NCBI GenBank assembly: GCA_963820525.1
Contig: CAWGAA010000002.1
Span: forward strand, 512,001 to 576,000
DNA: 64,000 bases
DNA from: an uncultured Spirochaetota bacterium
GTDB lineage: Bacteria; Spirochaetota; Spirochaetia; SZUA-6; Fen-1364
Direction of reading: 5' to 3'
Part shown: positions 10,022 through 20,560 of the stretch, one piece after another
How the letters are laid out: every line of letters begins with the position of its first letter
Position numbering within the stretch: the stretch's first letter is position 1
The notes under the pieces: model-generated
Database searches by the model: none
Told to the model about the DNA's origin: nothing
The model's input: only the letters and a program-made list of their open reading frames with translations
Position numbers and translations under genes: made by a program

Positions 10022-10660
10022 TTACGATCTGAGGAATGCCTTGAATTTGTCGGAGGCGCTCGCGGCGTCCGGCGCGTAGCCGTCGGCCCCGATCTCCTTG
10101 GCGAACGCGTCCGTGAGGGGCGCGCCTCCTACCATGAACTTCACTTTCTTTCTCACCCCCTCCTTCTCGAAACGCTCGATGACGTCCTTCATGCCCGTCA
10201 TGGTCGTCGTGAGGAGGGCAGAGATGCCGATGGCCTTCGCGTCGGGATTCTCCTTGTACGCCTGGAGGAACTTGTCCGCCGAAACGTCTATGCCCAGGTC
10301 CAGCACTTCTATTCCGGCGCCCTGGGCCATCATCTTCACGAGGTTCTTGCCGATGTCGTGGAGGTCTCCCTTCACCGTGCCGACGATGATCTTGCCGATC
10401 GGCTTGACGCCGGCCTTCACCAGCTCCGGCTTCAGGATGTCCATGGCCGCGTTCATCGCCCGGGCGGCGATGAGCACTTCCGGAATGTAGATCTCGTTGC
10501 ACTTGAACTTCTGGCCGACCTTTTCCATTCCGTCGAGGAGGCCCCTGTTGAGGATGTCCGCGGCCGAGTTCTTTTCCGCGAGCAGCGCCGAGGTGAGCTC
10601 CTTTGCCAGAGGCGAGCTTCCCTTCTGAATCGCTTCCGAAAGCTGCCGAAACGTCGCCAC
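10022..10660 (-). CDS. Corrinoid (B12-binding) protein, MtbC/MttC-like
   Basis: GTVKGDLHDIGKNLV, SALLTTTM, GGAP, IGADGY; AAGGAGG RBS before GTG at 10660. Confidence 0.92.
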   Translation of the reverse strand: MATFRQLSEAIQKGSSPLAKELTSALLAEKNSAADILNRGLLDGMEKVGQKFKCNEIYIPEVLIAARAMNAAMDILKPELVKAGVKPIGKIIVGTVKGDLHDIGKNLVKMMAQGAGIEVLDLGIDVSADKFLQAYKENPDAKAIGISALLTTTMTGMKDVIERFEKEGVRKKVKFMVGGAPLTDAFAKEIGADGYAPDAASASDKFKAFLRS

Positions 10661-10731
10661 CGCTCGCCCTCCTTCGCTGTAATTGACGAAAATGCCGCCT
10701 TCTGCGAGTATCATGTTCAAGGAGTTTTTCG

Positions 10732-10965
10732 ATGTCAAGAGGAAGGCCCGAGATCGATCGGGAGAAATGCAAGGGTTGCGCTTTGTGCGTGGGCGCGTGC
10801 CCCGAGGAAATACTTCGGATGAGCGGAAACACCTTCAACAGGCAGGGTCTGCCGTTCGCCGTCTGCTCGGACGAGTCGAAATGCACAGCGTGCCTCTCCT
10901 GCGCCATCATCTGCCCCGATACGGCCATCAGGATCCTGAAGCTCGCGGTTGCGGCGGGAGAGTGA
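10732..10965 (+). CDS. 2x[4Fe-4S] ferredoxin, delta subunit of 2-oxoacid:ferredoxin oxidoreductase
   Basis: CKGCALCVGACP and CTACLSCAIICP. Confidence 0.92.
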   Translation: MSRGRPEIDREKCKGCALCVGACPEEILRMSGNTFNRQGLPFAVCSDESKCTACLSCAIICPDTAIRILKLAVAAGE

Positions 10966-10968
10966 GTC

Positions 10969-12027
10969 ATGGCAGAGAAGATCCTCATGAAGGGAAACGA
11001 GGCCATCGGCGAGGCCGCCATCATCGCCGGATGCCGGTTCTACTTCGGCTACCCCATTACGCCGCAGAACGAACTGCCCGCCTACATGGCGCTCCGCCTT
11101 CCCCAGGTGGGAGGCACCTTCATCCAGGCGGAGAGCGAGCTGGCGGCCATCAACATGGTGTTCGGAGCTTCAGCCGCCGGCGCCAGGACCATGACATCCT
11201 CCTCCTCCCCCGGCGTGAGCCTCAAGATGGAGGGCATCTCCTATCTCTCGGGCGCTGAGCTTCCCGCCGTCGTGGTGAACATGATGCGGGGGGGACCGGG
11301 GCTGGGCAACATCGCGGGAGCCCAGGCCGACTACTTCCAGGCGGTCAAGGGCGGCGGGCACGGCGACTACAGGTGCATCGTGCTGGCCCCCGCCACTGTG
11401 CAGGAGCTTGCAGACCTCACCATCAACGCATTCGATCTCGCGGACCGCTACCGTATGGTGGTGATACTCCTGGGAGACGGTTTCCTCGGCCAGATGTCGG
11501 AGCCCATCGAGCTGCCGCGGGCCTCCGGTGAGAGCTTCGACAAGAGCGCGTGGGTGCTCTCCGGGGCCGAGGGACGGGATCCGCACATCATCATGTCCAT
11601 GCGCTTGAACCCCGAAGACGCGCTGGAGAAGCTCAACCTCAAGCTGCAGGCGAAATACAGGGAAATAGAAGAGAGCGAGTGCCGTTGGGAGGAGCTGGAG
11701 ACGGCGGATGCCGACTACCTGGTGGCGGGCTTCGGGCTGGCCGCCCGAATCTGCCGCTCGGCGGTCCACGCCCTTCGAAAGGCGGGGATCAGGGCCGGGC
11801 TCTTCCGGCCGGTGACCGTGTGGCCGTTCCCCTCCCGCCAACTCGCCGATGCGGCGCGGGGGAAGCGCCGCGTCCTCGTCGTGGAGATGAACGCGGGCCA
11901 GATGGTCGAGGACGTCAAGCTTGCGATTGAAGGCTCGGTGCCCGTCGATTTCTTCGGCACTCTCGGCGGGGCCACGCCTCAGGTCGACGACATCGTGGAA
12001 AGGGTGAAGGGATATGCAGGTAGGTGA
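10969..12027 (+). CDS. vorB: 2-oxoacid:ferredoxin oxidoreductase alpha subunit (VorB-like)
   Basis: [34 protein letters not shown]. Confidence 0.9.
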   Translation: MAEKILMKGNEAIGEAAIIAGCRFYFGYPITPQNELPAYMALRLPQVGGTFIQAESELAAINMVFGASAAGARTMTSSSSPGVSLKMEGISYLSGAELPAVVVNMMRGGPGLGNIAGAQADYFQAVKGGGHGDYRCIVLAPATVQELADLTINAFDLADRYRMVVILLGDGFLGQMSEPIELPRASGESFDKSAWVLSGAEGRDPHIIMSMRLNPEDALEKLNLKLQAKYREIEESECRWEELETADADYLVAGFGLAARICRSAVHALRKAGIRAGLFRPVTVWPFPSRQLADAARGKRRVLVVEMNAGQMVEDVKLAIEGSVPVDFFGTLGGATPQVDDIVERVKGYAGR

Positions 12028-12769
12028 AGCGGTTGAGAAGGTCGTTTATCAGAGGCCGGAGAGCCTGACTTCCCGTCCCACGCATTACTGCCCCGGCTGC
12101 GGGCATGGGATCATCCACAAGCTCATCGCGCAGGCCATCGACGAGCTGGGCATCCGCGAGAAGACCATCGTCATTGCCCCCGTGGGCTGCGCCGTGCTCG
12201 CCTACAATTACATCCTGGTTGACGGCTGCGAGGCCGCCCACGGGCGGGCCCCGGCGGTGGCCACGGGCATCAAGAGGGCGGCGAAGGACAAGGTCGTCAT
12301 CTCCTATCAAGGGGATGGAGACCTGCTCGCGATCGGCACCGCGGAAACCGTCCATGCGGCCAACCGCGGCGAGAAGATCACCGTGGTGTTCGTGAACAAC
12401 GCCATCTACGGGATGACGGGCGGACAGATGGCGCCGACGAGCCTCAATAAGCAGAAAACAAAGACAACCCCATACGGCAGGGACCCCTCCGACGTGGGAA
12501 GCCCGATCCGGGCGTGCGAGCTGCTCAATACACTGGAGGCTCCCGTGTTCATCGAGCGATGCGCGGTGAACAGCGTGAAGAGCGTGCTGAAGACCAAGCG
12601 CGCCATAGTCAAGGGCTTGAAAAACCAGATCGCGGGCAAGGGGTATTCCTTCATCGAGGTGCTCTCGATGTGTCCCACGGGCTGGGGGATGACGCCGCCG
12701 GATGCCGCCCGGTGGATCGACGAGGCGATGATCCCCTACTTCCCGTTGGGGAACTTCAGAGACAGGTAG
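12014..12769 (+). CDS. 2-oxoacid:ferredoxin oxidoreductase beta (TPP-binding) subunit
   Basis: [22 protein letters not shown]...[11 protein letters not shown]. Confidence 0.92.
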   Translation: MQVGEAVEKVVYQRPESLTSRPTHYCPGCGHGIIHKLIAQAIDELGIREKTIVIAPVGCAVLAYNYILVDGCEAAHGRAPAVATGIKRAAKDKVVISYQGDGDLLAIGTAETVHAANRGEKITVVFVNNAIYGMTGGQMAPTSLNKQKTKTTPYGRDPSDVGSPIRACELLNTLEAPVFIERCAVNSVKSVLKTKRAIVKGLKNQIAGKGYSFIEVLSMCPTGWGMTPPDAARWIDEAMIPYFPLGNFRDR

Positions 12770-12780
12770 GGGAGGGCATC

Positions 12781-13317
12781 GTGTACGAGGGAATCTTCTT
12801 TGCCGGCTTCGGCGGACAGGGCGTCATCCTCGCGGGGAGGCTTCTCTGCCTCGCTGCCATGAAGGAAGGAAAGTTCGTCTCCCATATCCCTTCCTATGGC
12901 GCCGAGGTCCGCGGGGGCACGGCGAACTGCTCCGTTGTGGTATCCGACGAGCAGATCGCTTCTCCCCTGGTGGCGCATCCCAGCATCTGCGTCGTGATGA
13001 ACTCCCCGTCGTTCGTCAAGTTCCAGCCCTTCGTGAAGCCGGGAGGGCTTTTCATCTACAACTCCTCCCTTATTGAGCTTGAGCCCGAGCGCGCCGACAT
13101 CGAGGCGCTGCCGGTGAAGGCCAACGCCATCGCCGAGGAGATCGGCTCGTACAGGGCCGCCAACATGGTCGCCCTGGGGCTGCTCCTGAAAAAGAGGCCG
13201 GTGGCATCCCTGGAGGCCGTGCTCGCGGCCCTGGACGAAGCGGTCTCCGCCAGAAACCGCGCGCTCAACGAGATCAACCGCAAGGCCCTCAGGAGAGGGT
13301 TCGATGGGGCAGCCTGA
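12781..13317 (+). CDS. 2-oxoacid:ferredoxin oxidoreductase gamma subunit
   Basis: AGFGGQGV, PSYGAEVRGG, ANMVALG; GTG start after GGAGG. Confidence 0.92.
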   Translation: MYEGIFFAGFGGQGVILAGRLLCLAAMKEGKFVSHIPSYGAEVRGGTANCSVVVSDEQIASPLVAHPSICVVMNSPSFVKFQPFVKPGGLFIYNSSLIELEPERADIEALPVKANAIAEEIGSYRAANMVALGLLLKKRPVASLEAVLAALDEAVSARNRALNEINRKALRRGFDGAA

Positions 13318-14002
13318 CAGGTCCCACTACAGATTCCTGTTCTGGCGCACCGACTTCGTCGGGGTCGCCATGATCCTGAGCGGCCTGTTCTTCATCCTGG
13401 TCAATTTCAGGGTAATCCCGGTAAGCGACTTCGTGCTTGCGCGCGTTCTGGGGATCCTCTTCATCATTGGAGGGCTGATCTTCGTTTTCTTCACGGGCGC
13501 GGGCGGGTGGCTCTCCTGGTTCGTCATTCCCGCGGGGGTCCTCATCACGGGCGGGGCCACGACCCTGATTCTCGGCGCCTCGCTGTTCATCAGCATCACC
13601 TCCGCCATCATCTGTTCCACGGGGATGGGGCTCACGTTCCTGTTCGTGTTCGTGACGCGAAAGAACAATTGGTGGGCGTTGATCCCGGCGTGCACCTTCT
13701 TCGGCCTCGCCGGATGGGCGCTCTTGTCCAAGAGCTTTCCCTCCATCGGCTACCATCCCGTGTTCCTGATTTTCGCAGTCGGGGCCGCCTTCCTCATCAT
13801 CTACCTCAACTCATTCCAGAAAGCGCAGATGCGCTGGAGCCTGTTCACCGGGACTCTCATCGTGACGGTATCGCTGGTCTACTTCCTCGTGATCCTGCTC
13901 TCCCGATGGAGCGTTCTCTGGCCGGCGGTTCTGCTTCTCATCGGCTTCCTCCTCCCCGCCGGGCTCGTGATAGCGGAGAGGCGCTTCCGAAGGAAGGAAT
14001 GA
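13304..14002 (+). CDS. Multi-pass membrane protein of unknown function
   Basis: About eight hydrophobic segments; WFVIPAG and WWALIPA repeats. Confidence 0.75.
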   Translation: MGQPDRSHYRFLFWRTDFVGVAMILSGLFFILVNFRVIPVSDFVLARVLGILFIIGGLIFVFFTGAGGWLSWFVIPAGVLITGGATTLILGASLFISITSAIICSTGMGLTFLFVFVTRKNNWWALIPACTFFGLAGWALLSKSFPSIGYHPVFLIFAVGAAFLIIYLNSFQKAQMRWSLFTGTLIVTVSLVYFLVILLSRWSVLWPAVLLLIGFLLPAGLVIAERRFRRKE

Positions 14003-14113
14003 TGCCGCCGGCGCGCGGGTGATCCTCTCTCCCCGCTGCCGCTCCCCGGCACGCCAGGCTTGCAAACAGCGCCGCGACGGGCGTATACTCGAAAGAGGAA
14101 AGGGAAAGTGCCT

Positions 14114-14467
14114 ATGGCCGAACGAAGAAAAACGAACCGCAGGGCGCTGCTCGTCACCACGATCATCAGGAAGGCCGCATCCGGCGGGTCCAAGGATTTC
14201 GAGATCATGGAGTTCCGCACCCACGACATGTGCAGTGGCGGGATCTTCATCTCCACGGAGGATCTTTCCATCTTCGACCTCGGCGAAGAGGTGGAGATCC
14301 TCGTTGACGACAACGGCACGCGCTACTACGAGGGCAAGGCCCGCGTCGTGCGCTCGGCGCGAATCTTCACCGAGGAAGGAAACCCGGTTGAAAGCGGCTT
14401 CGGGATGATGTTCATGTCTCCCGACAACGAGTTCATGGGCATGATCTCCCGAAAGCTCAAGGACTGA
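14114..14467 (+). CDS. PilZ-domain (c-di-GMP-binding) protein
   Basis: RRKTNR (RxxxR), DMCSGGIFI (DxSxxG-like), ARVVR, GFGMMF. Confidence 0.8.
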   Translation: MAERRKTNRRALLVTTIIRKAASGGSKDFEIMEFRTHDMCSGGIFISTEDLSIFDLGEEVEILVDDNGTRYYEGKARVVRSARIFTEEGNPVESGFGMMFMSPDNEFMGMISRKLKD

Positions 14468-14473
14468 AAGGCC

Positions 14474-15916
14474 GTGGCCGCCGACAGCGCGCCTTCCGTC
14501 AGCTTTCTGGGCGCTGCGCGCAGCGTGACCGGATCGCGATATCTCCTGCAGGCGGCCGGCAGGTGCATTCTTGTCGACTGCGGCCTGAATCAGGAGCGCG
14601 ACCAGGAAGCCCGCAACTGGGAGCCATTTACCGTCTCACCGGACGCAATCGATTGCCTCCTGCTCACCCATGCCCACCTCGACCACTGCGGTCTGATCCC
14701 TCGTCTGGCCAAGGAAGGCTTTCGCGGGACGATCTTCAGCACGGGCCCCACCGCGGAGATCGCGCGGATCGTGATGCTCGATTCGGCGCGCCTGCAGGTG
14801 GAGGACGTGGAAAACAAGAAGAAGCGGCACCAGCGGGAGAACAGGGAGGCGCCGCATCCCCTCGTCCCCCTGTACACGGAAGCCGACGCGGAAAAAGCGG
14901 CGTCCCTTTTCAGGACGGTCCGCTTTGGAGAGTCGGTGCGCATCGGCGACGGCATCGAGGCCGATTTCACGGAAGCGGGCCATATCCTCGGCTCCGCTTC
15001 CATCAGGGTTCGCGTGGCCGGGGGGGATGGAGGAGCCCGCCGCCGTGGCGGGCCTGAGCGGAGCATTGTTTTTTCCGGAGACATCGGAAGGTGGGACAAG
15101 CCCATCCTGAAGGACCCCAACCCCTTCGACCGGGCCGACTACCTCCTCATGGAGTCCACCTACGGGGACAGCGTGCACGAGGGAGAAGGAGAGATCCAGT
15201 CTCGCCTGCGCGAGATCATCACCTCCACCGTGAAGGCGGGAGGCAATGTCGTGATCCCCAGCTTCGCCATCGAGCGGTCGCAGGAGGTTCTCTTCTACCT
15301 CAACAAGCTTCTCATGGCGAACGAGATTCCCCATCTCCTCGTCTTCCTCGACAGCCCCATGGCCACCCGCGTGACGGAGATCTTCGGCCGCTTCCCCGAG
15401 TTCCTCGACGCGGAGACTCTGGAGCTGATCCGCCGAAAGAGCTCCCCCTTCGACATCCCGGGGCTCATGACGACGAGGAGCGCGGAGGATTCGAAGGCGA
15501 TCAACCGCATCACGGGCAGCGTCATCATCATCGCGGGGGCAGGAATGTGCACGGGCGGCCGCATCAAGCACCACCTGGCCAGGAACATCGAGCGGCCCGA
15601 AAGCGCCATCCTCTTCGTTGGCTACCAGGCATCCGGGACGCTGGGGCGGGAGATCCAGGATGGGGCGAAAGAGGTGCGGATTCTCGGGGAAAACCACCCC
15701 GTGCGGGCCCGCGTGTTTCGCATCGGCGGCTTCTCGGCCCATGCGGACAGGAACGAGCTTCTGAGGTGGGCGGGGTATCTGAAGGCCGCTCCGCGGGGCG
15801 TGTTCATCACGCATGGCGAGCCCGAGACGGCGCAGCATTTCAGGGATTTCCTCGCCGCGGAGAAGGGCTGGGAAGTCTCGGTTCCCTCGCCGGGACAGGT
15901 CGTCCAGCTCGCCTGA
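14474..15916 (+). CDS. Metallo-beta-lactamase / beta-CASP ribonuclease
   Basis: VTGS, THAHLDHCG, AGHILGS, FSGDIG, MESTYG, FSAHAD, HGE. Confidence 0.93.
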   Translation: MAADSAPSVSFLGAARSVTGSRYLLQAAGRCILVDCGLNQERDQEARNWEPFTVSPDAIDCLLLTHAHLDHCGLIPRLAKEGFRGTIFSTGPTAEIARIVMLDSARLQVEDVENKKKRHQRENREAPHPLVPLYTEADAEKAASLFRTVRFGESVRIGDGIEADFTEAGHILGSASIRVRVAGGDGGARRRGGPERSIVFSGDIGRWDKPILKDPNPFDRADYLLMESTYGDSVHEGEGEIQSRLREIITSTVKAGGNVVIPSFAIERSQEVLFYLNKLLMANEIPHLLVFLDSPMATRVTEIFGRFPEFLDAETLELIRRKSSPFDIPGLMTTRSAEDSKAINRITGSVIIIAGAGMCTGGRIKHHLARNIERPESAILFVGYQASGTLGREIQDGAKEVRILGENHPVRARVFRIGGFSAHADRNELLRWAGYLKAAPRGVFITHGEPETAQHFRDFLAAEKGWEVSVPSPGQVVQLA

Positions 15917-15987
15917 ATCGGGCTTCGGCCGGCGCGGCGCCGCCCTGGCCTCGGTCTAGGCCCGTGCGGCGCCGCCGTGCCCCCGCT

Positions 15988-17646
15988 CTAATAGCTGAAC
16001 TCGCTTTCCCCGATGAACTCCCGAAGGATCGAAGTGGGGGGAACCCACCGCGGATGCAGGGGCGCGAAGTTCGCCAGGAACGACATGAGCGTGCGGGCGT
16101 CCTGATATTCGGGGGTGTCGGGCTTCACCGTGGCCAGGAGAGGCTCCGCGTATACCTTGAGCACGGCCAGCTCGTAGTCCAACGCCGAGTTGAAGGCAGA
16201 ATCCGCCATGTTCTGGAAGGGGAAGATGTTCCTGTCCTCTCCCCGACGGACCGACGGCCACATGGAAAGGGTGGTGAGCGCGGAATGCCCGCGGAACTGG
16301 TTGTCCCTCACCAGCCGGCGCAGGAGCCTGTTATCAGTCGTTGCGATGCGGTTGTGGTCGTCGAGGTTGAGCTGGGTGAGGGCGGACACGTAGATCTTGT
16401 ACTTGGTCTCCCTGTCGATCAGCGGCGTGAGCGCGTCGTTGAGACCGTGGATTCCCTCGAGGATCAGCATGGCGCGCTCGGGAAGCTTCAGCGGCTTGCC
16501 CTTGGGCTTGCGGGATCCGCTCATGAAGTCGAAGGAGGGTATCTCGACCTCCTCCCCCTTGAGAAGCGCCAGTATATGCTGGTTGAGCAGCGTGACATCG
16601 AGTGCTTCCAGTGCTTCGAAGTCGTAGTTGCCTTCCGCATCGCGGGGGGTGCGCTCCCGCTCCTGGAAGTAGTCGTCCAGCGAGATGGTCACGGGGTTCC
16701 TGCCCACGACGCGCAGCTGGATCATCAGCTTCTTGGAGAAGGTGGTCTTGCCCGACGAGGAGGGCCCCGCGATGAGAACGACGCGGACCTGCCCCCGCTT
16801 CTCCGTTATCCTGTCCGCCATCTGGGCGATCTTCTTGTCCTGGAGCGCCTCGGCCACCTGGATGAACTCCTTGATTCTCCCCTCGCGGATGAGCTCGTTG
16901 AGGCTTCCCACGGAGCTGATTCGAAGTATCTTCCCCCAGTTCTTGTATTCCCTGTATATGGAGAACAGGACGGGGTTCTCCTCGAAGGGGGCGAGGGAGG
17001 CGGGGTCATCAGCGGGAGGGTAGCGCAGGAGGAAGCCCGGCGGATAACCTTTGATGCCGAACACGGAGAGGATCCCGGTTGAGGGCACCAGCGGCCCGTG
17101 CGTGAGGTCGAGGAATCCCTCGCAGGAGTTGAGCCGGATCCGAGGCTCGTTCAGGTTCTTCAGGAGAAGCAGGGTATCCGGCTGGTTGTTCCTCTCGAAG
17201 TAGCGCACTGCGTCGAGGTAGGAGAGAACGATGCAGCGGATGGGAAGGTCCTCGGAAGCGATCTCGCGCATCCGGCTCTCTATCTTCGCCAGGTCCCTCT
17301 CGGCCGCCTCCTCCATCCCGTCGAAGTAGTAGAAGTACCCCTGCCCGAGGGAGTGGCCGATCACGAGGCGGCGTTTCGGGAAAACCTGCCGGGCGGCCAT
17401 GGACAGGAGGAAGCACAGCGATTTCCTGTAGATCGACACCCCGGCGGGTGATGCGAGGTCCACCGGGGCCAGGCTCGTGTTCACTTCCAGCTGATGCTGG
17501 AGGTTGACGACTTCACTGTTGGCCAGCATCGCCACCAGCGGAAAGCCTGTTGTCGGGAAGGCGGGATCGGAGAGAAGCTCGCCGACGGGCGTGCCGGCAC
17601 GGACCTCGCGGGCTTCTCCGGAGGGCAGGAGAACCCGGACCGTCAT
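15988..17646 (-). CDS. Nucleoside (uridine) kinase with N-terminal TGS/ThrRS-like domain
   Basis: AGPSSSGKTT, LDDYF, EGIHGLN, RRLVRD. Confidence 0.9.
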   Translation of the reverse strand: MTVRVLLPSGEAREVRAGTPVGELLSDPAFPTTGFPLVAMLANSEVVNLQHQLEVNTSLAPVDLASPAGVSIYRKSLCFLLSMAARQVFPKRRLVIGHSLGQGYFYYFDGMEEAAERDLAKIESRMREIASEDLPIRCIVLSYLDAVRYFERNNQPDTLLLLKNLNEPRIRLNSCEGFLDLTHGPLVPSTGILSVFGIKGYPPGFLLRYPPADDPASLAPFEENPVLFSIYREYKNWGKILRISSVGSLNELIREGRIKEFIQVAEALQDKKIAQMADRITEKRGQVRVVLIAGPSSSGKTTFSKKLMIQLRVVGRNPVTISLDDYFQERERTPRDAEGNYDFEALEALDVTLLNQHILALLKGEEVEIPSFDFMSGSRKPKGKPLKLPERAMLILEGIHGLNDALTPLIDRETKYKIYVSALTQLNLDDHNRIATTDNRLLRRLVRDNQFRGHSALTTLSMWPSVRRGEDRNIFPFQNMADSAFNSALDYELAVLKVYAEPLLATVKPDTPEYQDARTLMSFLANFAPLHPRWVPPTSILREFIGESEFSY

Positions 17647-18815
17647 AGATTGCTTTTCACCTCGCGGGCCTCTTCGCTGCCCAAAACGCGTACGATCGAG
17701 ATTCCCTTGCCTTCCATTCCCTCCGAGGTCTGGATGAGGGGCTGCTCCGCCAGCCTCTTGCCCTCGGGATCGATCGTGACCTTGACCACGGGGCAGCGCG
17801 GCTTCTCGGAGTCCGCCTTGATGACCACCCCCTTGCTCTGGTTGGTGAGGAGCACCGCGGTTCCCACCGGGTACACGGAGAGGGTATAGACGAGCGCCTT
17901 GAGCACGCGGTCGTCGTACTGCTTTCTGTTTTTCTGCAGAAGATCCTTGATGGCGGAATGGCCGTCGAGACCGGCGGCGCGGAACGGCCGCTTGGAGACG
18001 ATGGCGTCATAGGAGCAGGCGACCGCGATGATGCGCGCGTACTCCGTGATCTTCTCCCCCATGAGGTTGCGCGGATAGCCGGTCCCGTCCATCCGCTCGT
18101 GGTGCTCGATGGCGGCCAGGGCCACGTTCTCCGGCGCGGAGAACCCCTTCAAGATTCTGTAGCCGAGCACCGTATGCGTGATGATCACCTTCCGCTCCTC
18201 TTCGTTGAGCTTCTTGGCGGAGCGGCGAAGCTCCGCGGGGAGCTTGAGCATCCCGATCTCGTGAAGGAGGCACGCGTTTCCCAGCTCGATCAGCCGATGG
18301 GGGGGAGCCTTGAGGTAGTCTCCGATTATCGAAGCGAGGATGGTGGAGTTGACGGAGTGGCTGACGAGGTAGTCGTCGACGCTTCCGTCCATCTCGACGG
18401 CGCGAAGCAGGTAGTCGCGCCGCTCGCGGACCATCTGAATGGTCTTCTTCACCCACTCGGTGACGGTGGCGAGATTCAGGGTCCCGTCCGCCGCGAATTG
18501 CGTGAAGAGCCCTGCCGTGAAGAGCCGCATCTCGGAATAGAACTTGCGCGCCGTTATGAGGTGCTCGCGCTCCTTGATGTCCTCGTCGAGGGTCTGGGAG
18601 GTGAGGCTCAGGTGATCCGCTCCGGAGAGATAGCTCGGGATGTCCTTGGCCTTTCCCTCCGTGAGCACCTGGAGGTATTTCCACTTCTTCAGTCTCTTGA
18701 TCAGGTCATCCGTGACGGGGGAGTCGGGTGTGAGCAGGATGTAGTTCTCGTCGAGGAATACGGGCTGATCGAAGTAGAGGTTGGCAGACAGCGTAGAAAC
18801 CGCCACTGTGTTCAT
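17643..18815 (-). CDS. HD-GYP domain protein (c-di-GMP phosphodiesterase family)
   Basis: LLHEIG, HHERMDGTGYP, ARIIAVACSYDA. Confidence 0.88.
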   Translation of the reverse strand: MNTVAVSTLSANLYFDQPVFLDENYILLTPDSPVTDDLIKRLKKWKYLQVLTEGKAKDIPSYLSGADHLSLTSQTLDEDIKEREHLITARKFYSEMRLFTAGLFTQFAADGTLNLATVTEWVKKTIQMVRERRDYLLRAVEMDGSVDDYLVSHSVNSTILASIIGDYLKAPPHRLIELGNACLLHEIGMLKLPAELRRSAKKLNEEERKVIITHTVLGYRILKGFSAPENVALAAIEHHERMDGTGYPRNLMGEKITEYARIIAVACSYDAIVSKRPFRAAGLDGHSAIKDLLQKNRKQYDDRVLKALVYTLSVYPVGTAVLLTNQSKGVVIKADSEKPRCPVVKVTIDPEGKRLAEQPLIQTSEGMEGKGISIVRVLGSEEAREVKSNL

Positions 18816-18888
18816 TCAATTTCACTCTCTTTGGTTGACTGGCAAGGGGCATTTCCCCTACACTCAGGCTCTATTATAGGAGTTTTTG

Positions 18889-19851
18889 ATGAAATTGAAA
18901 GCGATATTCGCCCTTTTCAATGGGGTTCTGCTCGCATCATTTCTCCTGATCTTTTTCATGCCGCTGTTCCTCCTTGGCTCCGACTACTTCCTCCAGTTCT
19001 GGGCAAGCAAGAACTGGGCTATCGCCGCCGTATTCCTCATCACCCTGGGCCTTCTCAACGCGTATTTCATCATGAACTGGGGCCTGTTCAAGCACCTGGA
19101 GCGCGAGGATTGGCCGGCGCTCGTCTCGTACCTCGAGGAGCGCATCCTCGGCCGGGGCATGGTCCGGCCGATGTATGTGCGGATGATCCTCAATGCCTAC
19201 CTCATCACGTCCAACACGGAAGGGATCCTCGCCCTGGAAGCGTATCTCAAGAGCAAGAAGCCGAGGCTCATCGCCAGGTACGGCCTTCAGTTCGGGATCC
19301 CATACTTGTTGATGAAAGATCCGGCGGTCTCCGAGGCCTTCTTCGCCTCTCTTTTGGCGAACGCGCGGGTTTCGGACCGGGACTGGGTGCGATGGAACCA
19401 TGCCTTCAGTCTCCTCCAGCAGGGCAGGAGCGAAGATGTGAAGAGCGAGCTCGCGGGCCTGCTGGAATCCGCGCGCGACCCCGTGCTGCGCATGCTCACC
19501 CTGTACCTGCTCGATGTATTCGGCCAAGGCGACGCCCAGGTGGGACGCCGGGTGACGGAGGGACGGGAACGCCTCACGGGAGAGCTCACGGCGGGCGAGA
19601 TGAACCGGAGAATCGAAAAGTCGGGAGAGAACATGGAAGTCGTCGTGCTCTCCAAGATCGTCTCGGATGCTCGGGATTGGCTCTATTCGCCGCGCGCCGG
19701 CGCCGCAGGGCTCCCGGCCGCGAGCGGCGCGGGCGATCCCGCATCCGCCCAGGCAGGCGCTGATGTCGGATCCGCTCCGACCGGCAGCGATGCCGGACCC
19801 GCCCCGGCCGACGATTCCGGGTCCCCGACCGGCGGCGGTCAGCCACGCTGA
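18889..19851 (+). CDS. Hypothetical membrane-anchored protein
   Basis: Two N-terminal TM segments, helical body, low-complexity A/G/P tail; AGGAG RBS. Confidence 0.75.
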   Translation: MKLKAIFALFNGVLLASFLLIFFMPLFLLGSDYFLQFWASKNWAIAAVFLITLGLLNAYFIMNWGLFKHLEREDWPALVSYLEERILGRGMVRPMYVRMILNAYLITSNTEGILALEAYLKSKKPRLIARYGLQFGIPYLLMKDPAVSEAFFASLLANARVSDRDWVRWNHAFSLLQQGRSEDVKSELAGLLESARDPVLRMLTLYLLDVFGQGDAQVGRRVTEGRERLTGELTAGEMNRRIEKSGENMEVVVLSKIVSDARDWLYSPRAGAAGLPAASGAGDPASAQAGADVGSAPTGSDAGPAPADDSGSPTGGGQPR

Positions 19852-20426
19852 AACAGGTCTCGCGGCTCGTTGAGGGTCTGATAACCGATCTCGTTTCCCA
19901 TGCGGATAAGGACGGGCGCCCATAGGCTCTGGGAATAGTAGAACCCCAGAGCGCACAGGATACCCATCGCCGCGGAGCCGATCCAGACCAGGGGCTTCCG
20001 CGAAGAGACGACCGTCAGCATCGTGGAAAGGGCGGTGGAAATCACGATCGCCGTGAAAGTGCCCCAGATCGACGTCAGGCGCGCGAAGAAAACTCCCCTG
20101 TAGAAGATCTCCTCCACGGGAACGAAGAAGAAGAGGATGAGTAGCTGGGAGAGGATGAATGTCCTGGTCAGCGTCGCCGCCGCGATGCGCGCTCCCCGGA
20201 AGTGCAGGAGCTGGACCGCCATGCACGACACCCCGACCCCCGCTCCCGTGATGAGCCCTTTCGGGGTGGGAGCCAGGAAAGCGGGAGACGAGGTGAGGAT
20301 GATAGCCAGTGCGAAGGCGAGCTGCACGAACCCCACAATTGAATCGATGAACAGGTTCTTGAACGAGTAGGGCAGCGCCCACAGGTGGATCATGAAGGCG
20401 AGCGAAAGGATCAACAGGTCGAACAC
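19839..20426 (-). CDS. CPBP (CAAX/Abi) family intramembrane protease-like protein
   Basis: EEIFYRG and SLWAPVLI; the conserved His positions look substituted. Confidence 0.7.
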   Translation of the reverse strand: MFDLLILSLAFMIHLWALPYSFKNLFIDSIVGFVQLAFALAIILTSSPAFLAPTPKGLITGAGVGVSCMAVQLLHFRGARIAAATLTRTFILSQLLILFFFVPVEEIFYRGVFFARLTSIWGTFTAIVISTALSTMLTVVSSRKPLVWIGSAAMGILCALGFYYSQSLWAPVLIRMGNEIGYQTLNEPRDLFQRG

Positions 20427-20514
20427 GAGGTTGAAGGCTAAAGGCTTGGTCTCCGGAAGTCAAGCAGACGTTTGACGCCGCGCGAATCCTCCGTGACGGC
20501 GGAGCCGCCGGATG

Positions 20515-20544
20515 TTGACAGCTGTTGCGGGAGGCGGGTATCAT
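20515..20544 (+). promoter_or_regulatory. Possible sigma70 promoter of the ABC importer operon
   Basis: TTGACA-N18-TATCAT. Confidence 0.5.
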
Positions 20545-20560
20545 CGCATCCACTCTCGAG

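Noticed and set aside
20427..20560. Cobalamin riboswitch upstream of the Btu-like importer
   Set aside because: The gap is short, the putative promoter is close to the start, and no B12-box-like sequence is visible.
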